This document shows positions 10,436 to 18,247 of a DNA stretch of 64,000 nucleotides, in pieces. The notes below the pieces were generated by a model. That model did no database searches and had not been told where the DNA came from. It saw only the letters and a list, made by a program, of their open reading frames with translations. The stretch covers positions 32,001 to 96,000 of the forward strand of contig CAXNJO010000009.1 of the NCBI GenBank assembly GCA_964202905.1, written 5' to 3'. The position numbers and the translations under genes were made by a program. This stretch comes from Polyangiales bacterium. GTDB lineage: Bacteria; Myxococcota_A; Polyangia; Polyangiales; JADJQN01. How positions within the stretch are numbered: the stretch's first letter is position 1; each line of letters starts with the position of its first letter.

Positions 10436-12376
10436 ATGACCACCGCACGCGGCTGGAAGGCCAAGCTCCGCTATCGCGCCGACGAGTTCCTCGGCGGGGG
10501 CGCGGGCAAACAGCTCGCGTTCCTCTTCGCTCTCACCTGCCTGCTCGTCGCGGGGTTCACCGGTCTCGCCGCGCTCGCGTCGCGCACGGCGCCTGAGCTG
10601 CACATCGCGGACGGGGACGTCGTCGATCAGGCCTGGTGGTACTTCACCCGCCTCATCGACGCCGGCACGATGGGCGGCGACACCGGCACCGTGAACCGGG
10701 TCGTGTCCACCGCCGCGACGATCCTCGGCGTGGTGGTCGCCGGCCTCCTCATCTCGTCGCTCGCGGGGAACTTCCAAGAGCGGCTCGAGGCCATCAAGCA
10801 GGGCGGATCTCCCGTCATGGAAGAGGGCCATTTCCTCATCCTCGGCTGGTCCGAGAAGATCTTCCCGGTGATCGATCAGCTCGCGGAGGCCTACGCCGGC
10901 GAGTCGCTGGTCTGCGTGGTGCTGGCAGAGCAGGACAAACTCGAGATGGAGGCCGCGCTCCGCGACAAGGTCGTGAACACCTCGCGCGTGAAGCTCGTCG
11001 TTCGCTCGGGGAGCAGCGTCTCGCTGAACGACCTCGAGCGCGTGTCCTTCGCCGAGGCGCGCGCGGTCGTCGTCCTCGTCGATCAGCGGGACGTCGAGGA
11101 TCCGAACCGCGCCGACGGGCGGATCATCAAGACGCTCCTCGCCCTCTACAACCACCCGCAGACCCGCGGCCATGCGCGTCCGCCGCGCGTCACCGCCGAG
11201 GTGATGCTCGCAGAGAACCAGGAGATCGCGCTCATCGCCTCCAACGGGCGCGCGCAGGTCGTCAAGACGAACGAGCTCATCTCGAAGATCCTGCTGCAGA
11301 CATCCCGCATCGCGGGCCTCTCGCTCGTGTACGACGAGCTGCTCCGCTTCGAGGGCAACGAGATCCACTACAAGCGCGTGCCGCAGGTCGTCGGTCGGCG
11401 CTTCGCGGACGTGCTCCTCGACTTCCCGAACGGCCTCGTCGTCGGCACCGCGCGCAGCGATGGATCCGGCCACCGGCTCAACCCTCCCCCCGACACCGTG
11501 ATCCAGGCCGAGGACGAGCTGCTCATCCTCGCCGAGGACGCGGACATCCGGTACGCCCCCTACGCGGGGCCGCTGCGCTTCGACGCGCTGCCGCGGCTCG
11601 AGGCGGCGGCGCGGCGGCCCGTCGAGCACATGCTCGTCCTCGGGTGGAACGAGAAGGTCTTCCCGATTCTCCGTGAGTTCGACAGCTACGTCGGCGCGGG
11701 CTCGACGCTCACGCTCGTGAACTCGCTGCCCGAGGCGGACCGGCTCGCTCGGCTCGCCGAGAACGTCGGCGCGCTCGCGAACGTGTCGGTCCGCCACATC
11801 GTCGGGGCGTTCACGAGCCGCACCCTCATGGAGGAGCTGCAACCGCAGCGCTATCCGACAGTCATGGTGCTCGGCGACGCGCTCGACTCGCGGAGCGCGG
11901 AGGACGCCGACACGCGCGCCATCATCGCGCTGCTCCTGCTGCGGGACGCGCGGCGGCGGCACGGCGTGCCTCGGCAGGAGGTCTGCTCGGAGATCCTCGA
12001 TCCCAAGAACCGTGAGCTCGCTGCGACGACGGAGATCAACGACATCGTCATCAGCAACGAGATGGTGTCGATGGTGCTCGCGCAGATCACGTACGAGCCG
12101 CGCGTGCGCGCCGTCCTCGAAGACCTGTTCCAGTCCGACGGCAGCGAGATCTACCTGAAGCCCCTCGAACTCTACGTGCCGCCCGGGCAGACCACGACGG
12201 TCGAGTACCTGGCGCTCGCGGCGCACGCGCGCGGCGAGGTGCTGATGGGCGTCCAGCGCTTCACCGACGACGCCTCGAAGCGCTTCGGGCTCGCACTGAA
12301 CCCGAAGGACCGCGGCGCGGCCTTCACCCCCGGCCCGAGCGACCGGGTCATCGTCCTCGCCGAGGACGATGGCTGA
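10436..12376 (+). CDS. CASTOR/POLLUX (DMI1)-like ion channel with two RCK domains
   Basis: TM helix, pore helix and filter WWYFTRLIDAGTMGGD, second TM helix, GHFLILGWS (RCK1), YDELLRFEGNEI, HMLVLGWN (RCK2) and DLFQSDGSEIYLKP. Confidence 0.85.
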   Translation: MTTARGWKAKLRYRADEFLGGGAGKQLAFLFALTCLLVAGFTGLAALASRTAPELHIADGDVVDQAWWYFTRLIDAGTMGGDTGTVNRVVSTAATILGVVVAGLLISSLAGNFQERLEAIKQGGSPVMEEGHFLILGWSEKIFPVIDQLAEAYAGESLVCVVLAEQDKLEMEAALRDKVVNTSRVKLVVRSGSSVSLNDLERVSFAEARAVVVLVDQRDVEDPNRADGRIIKTLLALYNHPQTRGHARPPRVTAEVMLAENQEIALIASNGRAQVVKTNELISKILLQTSRIAGLSLVYDELLRFEGNEIHYKRVPQVVGRRFADVLLDFPNGLVVGTARSDGSGHRLNPPPDTVIQAEDELLILAEDADIRYAPYAGPLRFDALPRLEAAARRPVEHMLVLGWNEKVFPILREFDSYVGAGSTLTLVNSLPEADRLARLAENVGALANVSVRHIVGAFTSRTLMEELQPQRYPTVMVLGDALDSRSAEDADTRAIIALLLLRDARRRHGVPRQEVCSEILDPKNRELAATTEINDIVISNEMVSMVLAQITYEPRVRAVLEDLFQSDGSEIYLKPLELYVPPGQTTTVEYLALAAHARGEVLMGVQRFTDDASKRFGLALNPKDRGAAFTPGPSDRVIVLAEDDG

Positions 12377-12439
12377 CGCGTCGAGCCCCGCGCAGCCCGC
12401 GCACCTCGGGCAGCGCGGAGCGACTCGCTGAATGGCGAT

Positions 12440-13039
12440 TCAGCGCTGCGGCAGCTCGTTCGGGTCGTGCAGCGGCAGCACCCGCGTGAGCGGCGGACGG
12501 TTCGGCGCCGTCGGGTCCTCGCGGGTGAGGACCACCTCTCCATCGCGGATCCGGTCGACGCGCCAGTTGAGAACGACGGAGATGCCATCCTCACCACCGG
12601 TCTGGACCGTCTCGCCGCGCCCGATGTAGTCGCCGCGCTCGACCGCGTAACCCACGCGCGCGCCGTCGAGGAACATCGCGCGCGGGTTCGCGACCCCGCT
12701 GACGATGGCGATGAGTTGCAACTCATCGATGCCCATCGTCGGCATGATCACGGTGCGCTGCGGGGCGTCGAGCGGACGCGCGCGGAACATCTTCGCGAAG
12801 CTGCGGAAGGGGTCGCGGTTGACGTTGGATTCGACGAAGTCGTCGTCCTGAAAGCGGGGACCCGCCGTGCCGGCGTCGACCCCAGCGTCGACCGGCGCGG
12901 CTGGTGTCCCGCCCGCGGGTGCCGTGCCCCCGGCGGGCGGAGGCGGCGGGGGGCCCGCCTGATAGTCGGGCTCGCAGCCCGCACCGAGGAGCGCGACCGC
13001 GACGAGCAGCACGGAGAGGTTCGCGGGGGTACGCATCAC
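12440..13039 (-). CDS. pilP: Type IV pilus lipoprotein PilP
   Basis: Lipobox LGAG-C; RDPFRSF; LQLIAIVSG...RAMFLD...GYAVERGDYIG; position after pilO. Confidence 0.9.
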   Translation of the reverse strand: MMRTPANLSVLLVAVALLGAGCEPDYQAGPPPPPPAGGTAPAGGTPAAPVDAGVDAGTAGPRFQDDDFVESNVNRDPFRSFAKMFRARPLDAPQRTVIMPTMGIDELQLIAIVSGVANPRAMFLDGARVGYAVERGDYIGRGETVQTGGEDGISVVLNWRVDRIRDGEVVLTREDPTAPNRPPLTRVLPLHDPNELPQR

Positions 13040-13656
13040 TGGGCTCCTGCCGCAGCGGGGGCTGCGGGCGCAGCGGGGGGCGTCGGCAGGCGGAACGTCG
13101 TGGCGAGCACGGCGACCTTCAGCAAGACGTCCTCCCCGGCGACGGCCGGGTCGGTGAGCCGGACGTTCTCCATGCTGATCGCGCGGTCGAGCTGGCTCAC
13201 GTTGAAGAAGAACTTCGCGACCTGGTGGTAACGCCCGGAAAACGCGAGGGAGACGGGGATCTTCACGTACTGCGGCTCGGCCTCGTCCGGCCGCGGCTCG
13301 ACCAGCTCGAGGCGCAAGCCGCTCAGCTCCGCGAGGCGGTTGAGGTCTTGGAGGAAGGACGGGATCTCGGCGCGCTCGGGGAGGGTGCGCTTGTTCTGGC
13401 GGTCGATGGCGGCGCGGCCGTCGAGCTCGGCGCGCACCCGCAGGTACTCGCGCTGCCGCTCCTCGGCCTGCGCGAGCTGCTGCCGCAGCTGCATGTTCGT
13501 GCCGTCCGCCTCCTCGATCTCCGTGACGAGCGGCGTGTGCAGCGCGAGGTAGTAGACGAGGCCGATGATCGCCCCGAGCAGGATGCCGAGGAAGACCTTG
13601 GCCGCAGCGGGGAGCGCGCCGAACGACTGCGCTTGCTTCTTGGCGGGCGGGGCCAT
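13036..13656 (-). CDS. pilO: Type IV pilus alignment protein PilO
   Basis: N-terminal TM, coiled coil, LPERAEIPSFL, YVKIPVSLAFSGRYHQVAKFF. Confidence 0.93.
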   Translation of the reverse strand: MAPPAKKQAQSFGALPAAAKVFLGILLGAIIGLVYYLALHTPLVTEIEEADGTNMQLRQQLAQAEERQREYLRVRAELDGRAAIDRQNKRTLPERAEIPSFLQDLNRLAELSGLRLELVEPRPDEAEPQYVKIPVSLAFSGRYHQVAKFFFNVSQLDRAISMENVRLTDPAVAGEDVLLKVAVLATTFRLPTPPAAPAAPAAAGAQ

Positions 13657-14321
13657 CAGTAGATCACCTTGCAGGTCAGCTCGAAGCCGATGAGCGAGAG
13701 CTGCGTCTCGGGGTCGACGGCGGCCTGGGTGCGCTGGAGCGTCACCTCCTCGAACATGTCGGAGAGCGCGAGTCGCGCGAGGAACTCGGCCACGTCTTCA
13801 TTCGTCTTGCCGACGCCCTTGATGTGGCAGGAGCGGTGCTCCTCCTCGAACTGCGAGATCCACAGGCGACGCGAGTCCCAGCCCGCGTTGTAGCCGGCGA
13901 GCGGATTCTCGCGGCGGATCTCGTCGAGCCGCTGCGGGTCGATCGTCGGGCCGCCACGGGAACCCTCGCTGAGGATCTTCGCGATCTCCATGAGGACGCG
14001 CGTCGGACCGAGCTGCGCGCGCTGCAACTCGCCGACGACGCGCTCGAGCTCTCGACTCTGGTTGAGGCGCCCCTGCAGCTCCTCGAGCATCGCGCTGTTG
14101 GCTTGCGCGTCGCTGATCTGGCGCCGGAGGTCGGCGTTGACCTGGAGTTTCTCCTCGAGGACGCCGCGGTCGATCACGTAGAGCGCCAGGAGGGCGCCGC
14201 CGGTCACGAGCGCGATGAAGGCGTAGGCGACGAACCACGCTTGCCCACCGGCGCTCGACGAGGAGGCCGCGGCGCCCTTCGCGCCGCGCTTCTGCCCGGG
14301 AAGGAGGTTGATGCGGATCAC
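13656..14321 (-). CDS. pilN: Type IV pilus alignment protein PilN
   Basis: GTG start overlapping the pilM stop; N-terminal IRINLLP motif, TM helix and coiled coil. Confidence 0.92.
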   Translation of the reverse strand: MIRINLLPGQKRGAKGAAASSSSAGGQAWFVAYAFIALVTGGALLALYVIDRGVLEEKLQVNADLRRQISDAQANSAMLEELQGRLNQSRELERVVGELQRAQLGPTRVLMEIAKILSEGSRGGPTIDPQRLDEIRRENPLAGYNAGWDSRRLWISQFEEEHRSCHIKGVGKTNEDVAEFLARLALSDMFEEVTLQRTQAAVDPETQLSLIGFELTCKVIY

Positions 14322-15373
14322 GACGTCTGCTCCCGATCCTTGCGGAGCGCGAGCCCGCACGCGACCACGGCCTGAAGCTCGCGGCCCCCGAACAAGAGCG
14401 CGTCGACGCGCTTCGGGTCGGGCGTCGCGACCCGTGTCACGTCGAGGGTCTCGACGGGCACACGCGCGCGGCGCGCGACCGAGTCACGGAGCGCCGCGAC
14501 GTTCGCCGTGCCGCCCGAGACGACGATGCGATCGACGTCCCGATCGCCGCTCGTCGCGAGGTAGAAATCGAGGGAGCGCTGGATCTCGCCGGCGAGCCCC
14601 TCGACCGCCTGCCCGATGATCTCCGGCACTTCCTTCGGCACGAGGCCGCGCGCGCCGCCGCACTTGAAGGCCTCGGCCTCTTCCTGCGAGATGTTGAGGC
14701 GGCGCTGGATCTCCTCGGTGATCGCGTTGCCACCGTTGGCGATGTCACGCGTGAACGCCGTCGCCCCCGCGGAGAGGATGTTGAGCGTCGTGAGGGAGGC
14801 GCCGACATGCAGGAGCACCACCGTCTGCCCCGGCTGCGGCGCACCGAACGCGACCTCGAAGCAGTTCTGCACGGCGAAGGCGTCGAGGTCGACGACGCGC
14901 GGCTTGAGCTTCGCCTGGACCGCGAGGTTCGTGAGGTCGGTCAACTCCTCTTTCTTCGCGGCGACGAGCAGCACGTCCATCTGCCCCTGCGCGGCCCGCT
15001 GCGTGAGGATCTGGTAATCGATCTGCACATCCGACAACTCGAACGGGATGTGCTGTTCGGCCTCCCAGCCGATCTGCTCGGAGAGCTCATCGGCCGTCAT
15101 CATGGGCATCGTGATCTTCTTGATGATCACGGAGTGCCCGCTGGCGCGGAGCGCGACGTCACGGCGCTTCTGCTTGTGGAAGAGCCTCTCGAGGCCCTCC
15201 ACGATGGCGCCGGCGTTCATCACGTGGCCATCGACCACGGTCTGCGGAGGAAGCGGGTGATAGCCAAAGCGCACGAGTGCGCGCTGGCCCTTACGCTTCT
15301 CTTCGATTTCGCAGACCTTGATCGAGCTCGACCCGATGTCGACCCCGACGAGGTTCTTCCCTTCTGAGGACAT
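14318..15373 (-). CDS. pilM: Type IV pilus actin-like protein PilM
   Basis: VGVDIGSSSIK, WEAEQHIPF, VLLVAAKK, EIQRSLDFY, VSGG. Confidence 0.95.
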   Translation of the reverse strand: MSSEGKNLVGVDIGSSSIKVCEIEEKRKGQRALVRFGYHPLPPQTVVDGHVMNAGAIVEGLERLFHKQKRRDVALRASGHSVIIKKITMPMMTADELSEQIGWEAEQHIPFELSDVQIDYQILTQRAAQGQMDVLLVAAKKEELTDLTNLAVQAKLKPRVVDLDAFAVQNCFEVAFGAPQPGQTVVLLHVGASLTTLNILSAGATAFTRDIANGGNAITEEIQRRLNISQEEAEAFKCGGARGLVPKEVPEIIGQAVEGLAGEIQRSLDFYLATSGDRDVDRIVVSGGTANVAALRDSVARRARVPVETLDVTRVATPDPKRVDALLFGGRELQAVVACGLALRKDREQTS

Positions 15374-15382
15374 GGGCGAGCA

Positions 15383-15990
15383 TCACTCCTCCTCGCCGAA
15401 CACGCGCACGCGGTCGTCGAGGCTCAGACCCAAGGCCTCGAGGATCTTCCGCTTGGTGTCCATGCGGCACCCGAAGCCCTTCTCGATGCGATCGATGGTT
15501 AAAACCGAGAGATTCGCACGACGCGCCAGCTCCGCCTTGGACATCATCCGCTCGATGCGGATCTTGCGGACGTTGTTCTTCTGCTTGGCCGCGCCCGCAG
15601 GTGCGGCCTGCTTGCGCCCGCCCCGAGGCGACTCCGGGGCGGATTCCTGCTCCGCAGGCCGCTGTGATGCTGACGGCTGTGCTGGCGGCGGCTGACCCGC
15701 CGACGGCGCAATCGCCGACGGCTGCCCCGTGGACTCGCCCGCGGGGGACGACGCGAGGGTGACCTCGGGGTGTTCCCGCGTTGCCCCGCGCCCACGCGCG
15801 GCGGAAGCCACCAGTGCTGCGGACTGCGTGGTCGACGTGCCGCGCACCGCGGGCGGCGGCGCGCTCCTCGTCCTGCGCCGCCGGCGGCCCCCGAAGTGCC
15901 ACCCTGGCTCCCCGCGGCGAGCGCCACCTCGTGGGTGGGCTCGTTCGACGGCGCGTCGGCCGGGTCGATGGGGAGGTCGTGCGGTGACAT
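15383..15990 (-). CDS. XRE-family helix-turn-helix regulator heading the pilMNOP operon; start uncertain, possible frameshift in a disordered N-terminus
   Basis: C-terminal NNVRKIRIERMMSKAELARRANLSVLTIDRIEKG...KRKILEALG is a clear HTH_XRE domain (~15383-15580). The first ATG downstream of the promoter (15990, MSPHDLPIDP...) is in a different frame from the HTH. Confidence 0.75.
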
Positions 15991-16037
15991 CGGTGGGGTG
16001 GTGCGACCGGGAGGCGCCTGCCCCGCCGGAAACCACC

Positions 16038-16067
16038 ACGTTATGGGGGCCGGACGTGAGTCGTCAA
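16038..16067 (-). promoter_or_regulatory. Putative sigma70 promoter of the XRE-pilMNOP operon
   Basis: Minus strand TTGACG-N18-TAACGT in an AT-enriched intergenic region. Confidence 0.55.
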
Positions 16068-16080
16068 GGAATATGGGGTT

Positions 16081-16094
16081 AATTAGACCTAATT
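16081..16094. promoter_or_regulatory. AT-rich palindrome, candidate operator
   Basis: AATTAG-ac-CTAATT perfect inverted repeat, 14-27 bp upstream of the -35 element; conspicuous in such GC-rich DNA. Confidence 0.55.
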
Positions 16095-16372
16095 CATAGG
16101 CCATTGGATCGAAGGTTCGCGATCTTCAACGCCCGGGGCGCGATCCGAGGACGCGATGACGTGCCCACGACGCGCCCGGAAGACCGAGCTGGTCTCGTGC
16201 TTGCTCTCGGTTGTCAAACAGCGATCGACATCCACCCCCGCACGATCGCGGCTGTGCGGGCGACTGTCTCACTTCGCAGGGTGCGGCGCAAAAAAGTCGC
16301 ATCGGCCCCGCGGCGCTGAAAAGACAACCGGCCCGGACACGCTGCGCGTCCATCGGTCATAGTCCGGCCTCC

Positions 16373-17419
16373 GTGCCCCGCTTCCCCGCCGCGTTCGCGC
16401 TCGCCGCGCTGCTCGTCGTTGTTCCGGTGCTCGCGCCCCGCGTCGCCCGGGCGCAGCGACGCCCCGCCGCGCAGGCGACGGCCACGCCGCGTGAGCATCG
16501 GGTGCGCGCGGGCCAGAACCTGGCGCGCATCGCACGCCGCTACGCGATCCCGGTCGAGGCGCTCGCCGCGGCGAACCGCCTGCGCCCCGACTCGGCCCTC
16601 CAACTCGGGCAGCGCCTGGCGATCCCGGTCGCGGGGACGGTCGCCGTGCGGCGCGGGGACACGGTCGAGAGCCTCGCGCGGCGCCACGGCGTGCCGAGCG
16701 AGGCGCTGAGGCGCGCGAACCACCTGCGCGAGGGCGCGACGTTGCGCGCCGGTGAGGCCCTCGTGCTGCCGGGCTCGCTCGCGGACCGGAGCCCGGCGAG
16801 CCGCTGGGGACAGCCGCGGCGGCCGGGCGTGGCGACCCTCACGCGGCTCGCGACGCACCGCACCGCCAAGGTGCGCCTCGTCGACCGACGCGGCGTCGCG
16901 CGGCGTCAGGCGCTGCGCGACCTCGCCGCACTGCTCGCGCCGCGGCACGGAGGCGGACGCAAGGAGCCGCACCCGCGCCTCGTCCGGCTGCTGGCCCGGG
17001 TGAGCGATCACTTCGGCGGTCGACCGGTCGAGGTCGTGAGCGGCGTGCGGCCGGCCGGCGGCTTCACGCGGCGCGAGAGTCGGCACGTCGCCGGTGAGGC
17101 GATCGACTTCCGCATCCGAGGCGTTCCGAACACGGAATTGCGCGACTTCTGCCAGTCCTTCGATCACGTCGGTGTCGGCTACTACCCGAACAGCCTGTTC
17201 GTACACCTCGACGTGCGGCGCGAGAGCGCGACCTGGGTCGACCTCTCGCGCCCCGGCGAGGCACCGACATACGCGCGCCAGGGGGGCGGCACGGTCACGG
17301 ACACGGCGGACGACACGGGCGCCGCGGGCGACGACGACGAGGCCGGTGGCGAGCCAGAGTCCTCGGACGACGGCGCGGCTCCGGTCGACGACGCCCCCGG
17401 GCAACTCAGCGACGAGTGA
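16373..17419 (+). CDS. Secreted LysM x2 + DUF882/YcbK (peptidase M15-like) peptidoglycan endopeptidase
   Basis: Signal peptide from GTG 16373; two LysM repeats (HRVRAGQNLARIARRY, VRRGDTVESLARRHG); VVSGVR, SRHVAGEAIDF and FVHLDVR zinc ligands; acidic tail. Confidence 0.85.
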   Translation: MPRFPAAFALAALLVVVPVLAPRVARAQRRPAAQATATPREHRVRAGQNLARIARRYAIPVEALAAANRLRPDSALQLGQRLAIPVAGTVAVRRGDTVESLARRHGVPSEALRRANHLREGATLRAGEALVLPGSLADRSPASRWGQPRRPGVATLTRLATHRTAKVRLVDRRGVARRQALRDLAALLAPRHGGGRKEPHPRLVRLLARVSDHFGGRPVEVVSGVRPAGGFTRRESRHVAGEAIDFRIRGVPNTELRDFCQSFDHVGVGYYPNSLFVHLDVRRESATWVDLSRPGEAPTYARQGGGTVTDTADDTGAAGDDDEAGGEPESSDDGAAPVDDAPGQLSDE

Positions 17420-17459
17420 CGCGCCGGAGCCCGAGACGGTCGCGCGCTGCCCGGACGCC

Positions 17460-17702
17460 TCAAGGCATGATCGCGCAGGGGTTCTCGAGGCTTCGCGCCC
17501 CCTCGCAGCGCTGATCGACGCACGCCGCGAGCAGGCCGCACACCGCGCCGGCATTGCAGTCAGCGACGGAGGCACACGCGCGTCCTTCGGGACGGGGCGG
17601 GTCCTGCGGCTCGGGCGGGCACCCGGTGAGCCCCACGGCGAGCGACGCAAGGAGGAGAATGAGCCTCGAACGCCCGGCGACCCCGCACCGCTCACCGCGC
17701 AT
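17460..17702 (-). CDS. Small Cys-rich lipoprotein
   Basis: LILLLASLAVGLTG-C lipobox; CASVADC...CGLLAACVDQRC...PC. Confidence 0.65.
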   Translation of the reverse strand: MRGERCGVAGRSRLILLLASLAVGLTGCPPEPQDPPRPEGRACASVADCNAGAVCGLLAACVDQRCEGARSLENPCAIMP

Positions 17703-18087
17703 CGCTCGCACCGTCTCCCGCGTCCGTGGACGCTGCAGCCGGCGCACCGGCGTCGGCCGGGGGAGAAGGTGGCGCAAAGTCCCGGGAGCGCCAGTCGCGC
17801 GGCCCGATCGCCGGAGGCACGAGCCGCGGCCGTGCACCGCGCACGGCGTCCTCGAGATCGAGGTCAGGCAGCGGCGCGGGCGCCCCGGCATCCTCGGCCC
17901 CGCCATCCGTCGAGGCCGCACCGGGCCCCGCGTCGCGTCCCGCCGCGAAGTCGGGATCGAGCGCAGGCGGGACGGGCTGCGCACCGCCCACGCAACCGCC
18001 GAGCAGAACGACGGGCAGAACGAACCGCAGCACGGCTGCGCCCCACCTGCGCTGCGCGGGCGCAGGCGCGATCAGGCGGGACGTCAT
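17692..18087 (-). CDS. Small Pro/Ala/Asp-rich lipoprotein
   Basis: GGAGGAG SD; VLPVVLLGG-C lipobox; overlaps the start of the next lipoprotein gene. Confidence 0.6.
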   Translation of the reverse strand: MTSRLIAPAPAQRRWGAAVLRFVLPVVLLGGCVGGAQPVPPALDPDFAAGRDAGPGAASTDGGAEDAGAPAPLPDLDLEDAVRGARPRLVPPAIGPRDWRSRDFAPPSPPADAGAPAAASTDAGDGASDAR

Positions 18088-18116
18088 CGGCTCCTCCGGC
18101 GCATGGCGGCTCCCCA

Positions 18117-18132
18117 AGCACGCGGGGTGCCA
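18117..18132 (-). promoter_or_regulatory. Sigma54 (-24/-12) promoter for the two lipoprotein genes
   Basis: Minus strand TGGCAC-CCCGC-GTGCT with exact GG-N10-GC spacing, ~30 nt upstream of the ATG and directly downstream of a sigma54 activator gene. Confidence 0.7.
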
Positions 18133-18229
18133 TCCATGTGCGCGCCGCGGAAACGGCGTCGAGCGCGTCGCTGGAGCCGCCGCAGAGGGACGCGACACCC
18201 GGCCGTGCGGCGCAGCGGCGCCCGCGCGC

Positions 18230-18246
18230 GGCACAGCCCGGCACAC
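18230..18246. promoter_or_regulatory. Candidate enhancer (UAS): GGCACA repeats at 10-bp period
   Basis: GGCACAGCCC-GGCACAC about 100 bp upstream of the sigma54 -24 box; the same motif occurs at 23395-23423. Confidence 0.45.
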
Positions 18247-18247
18247 G

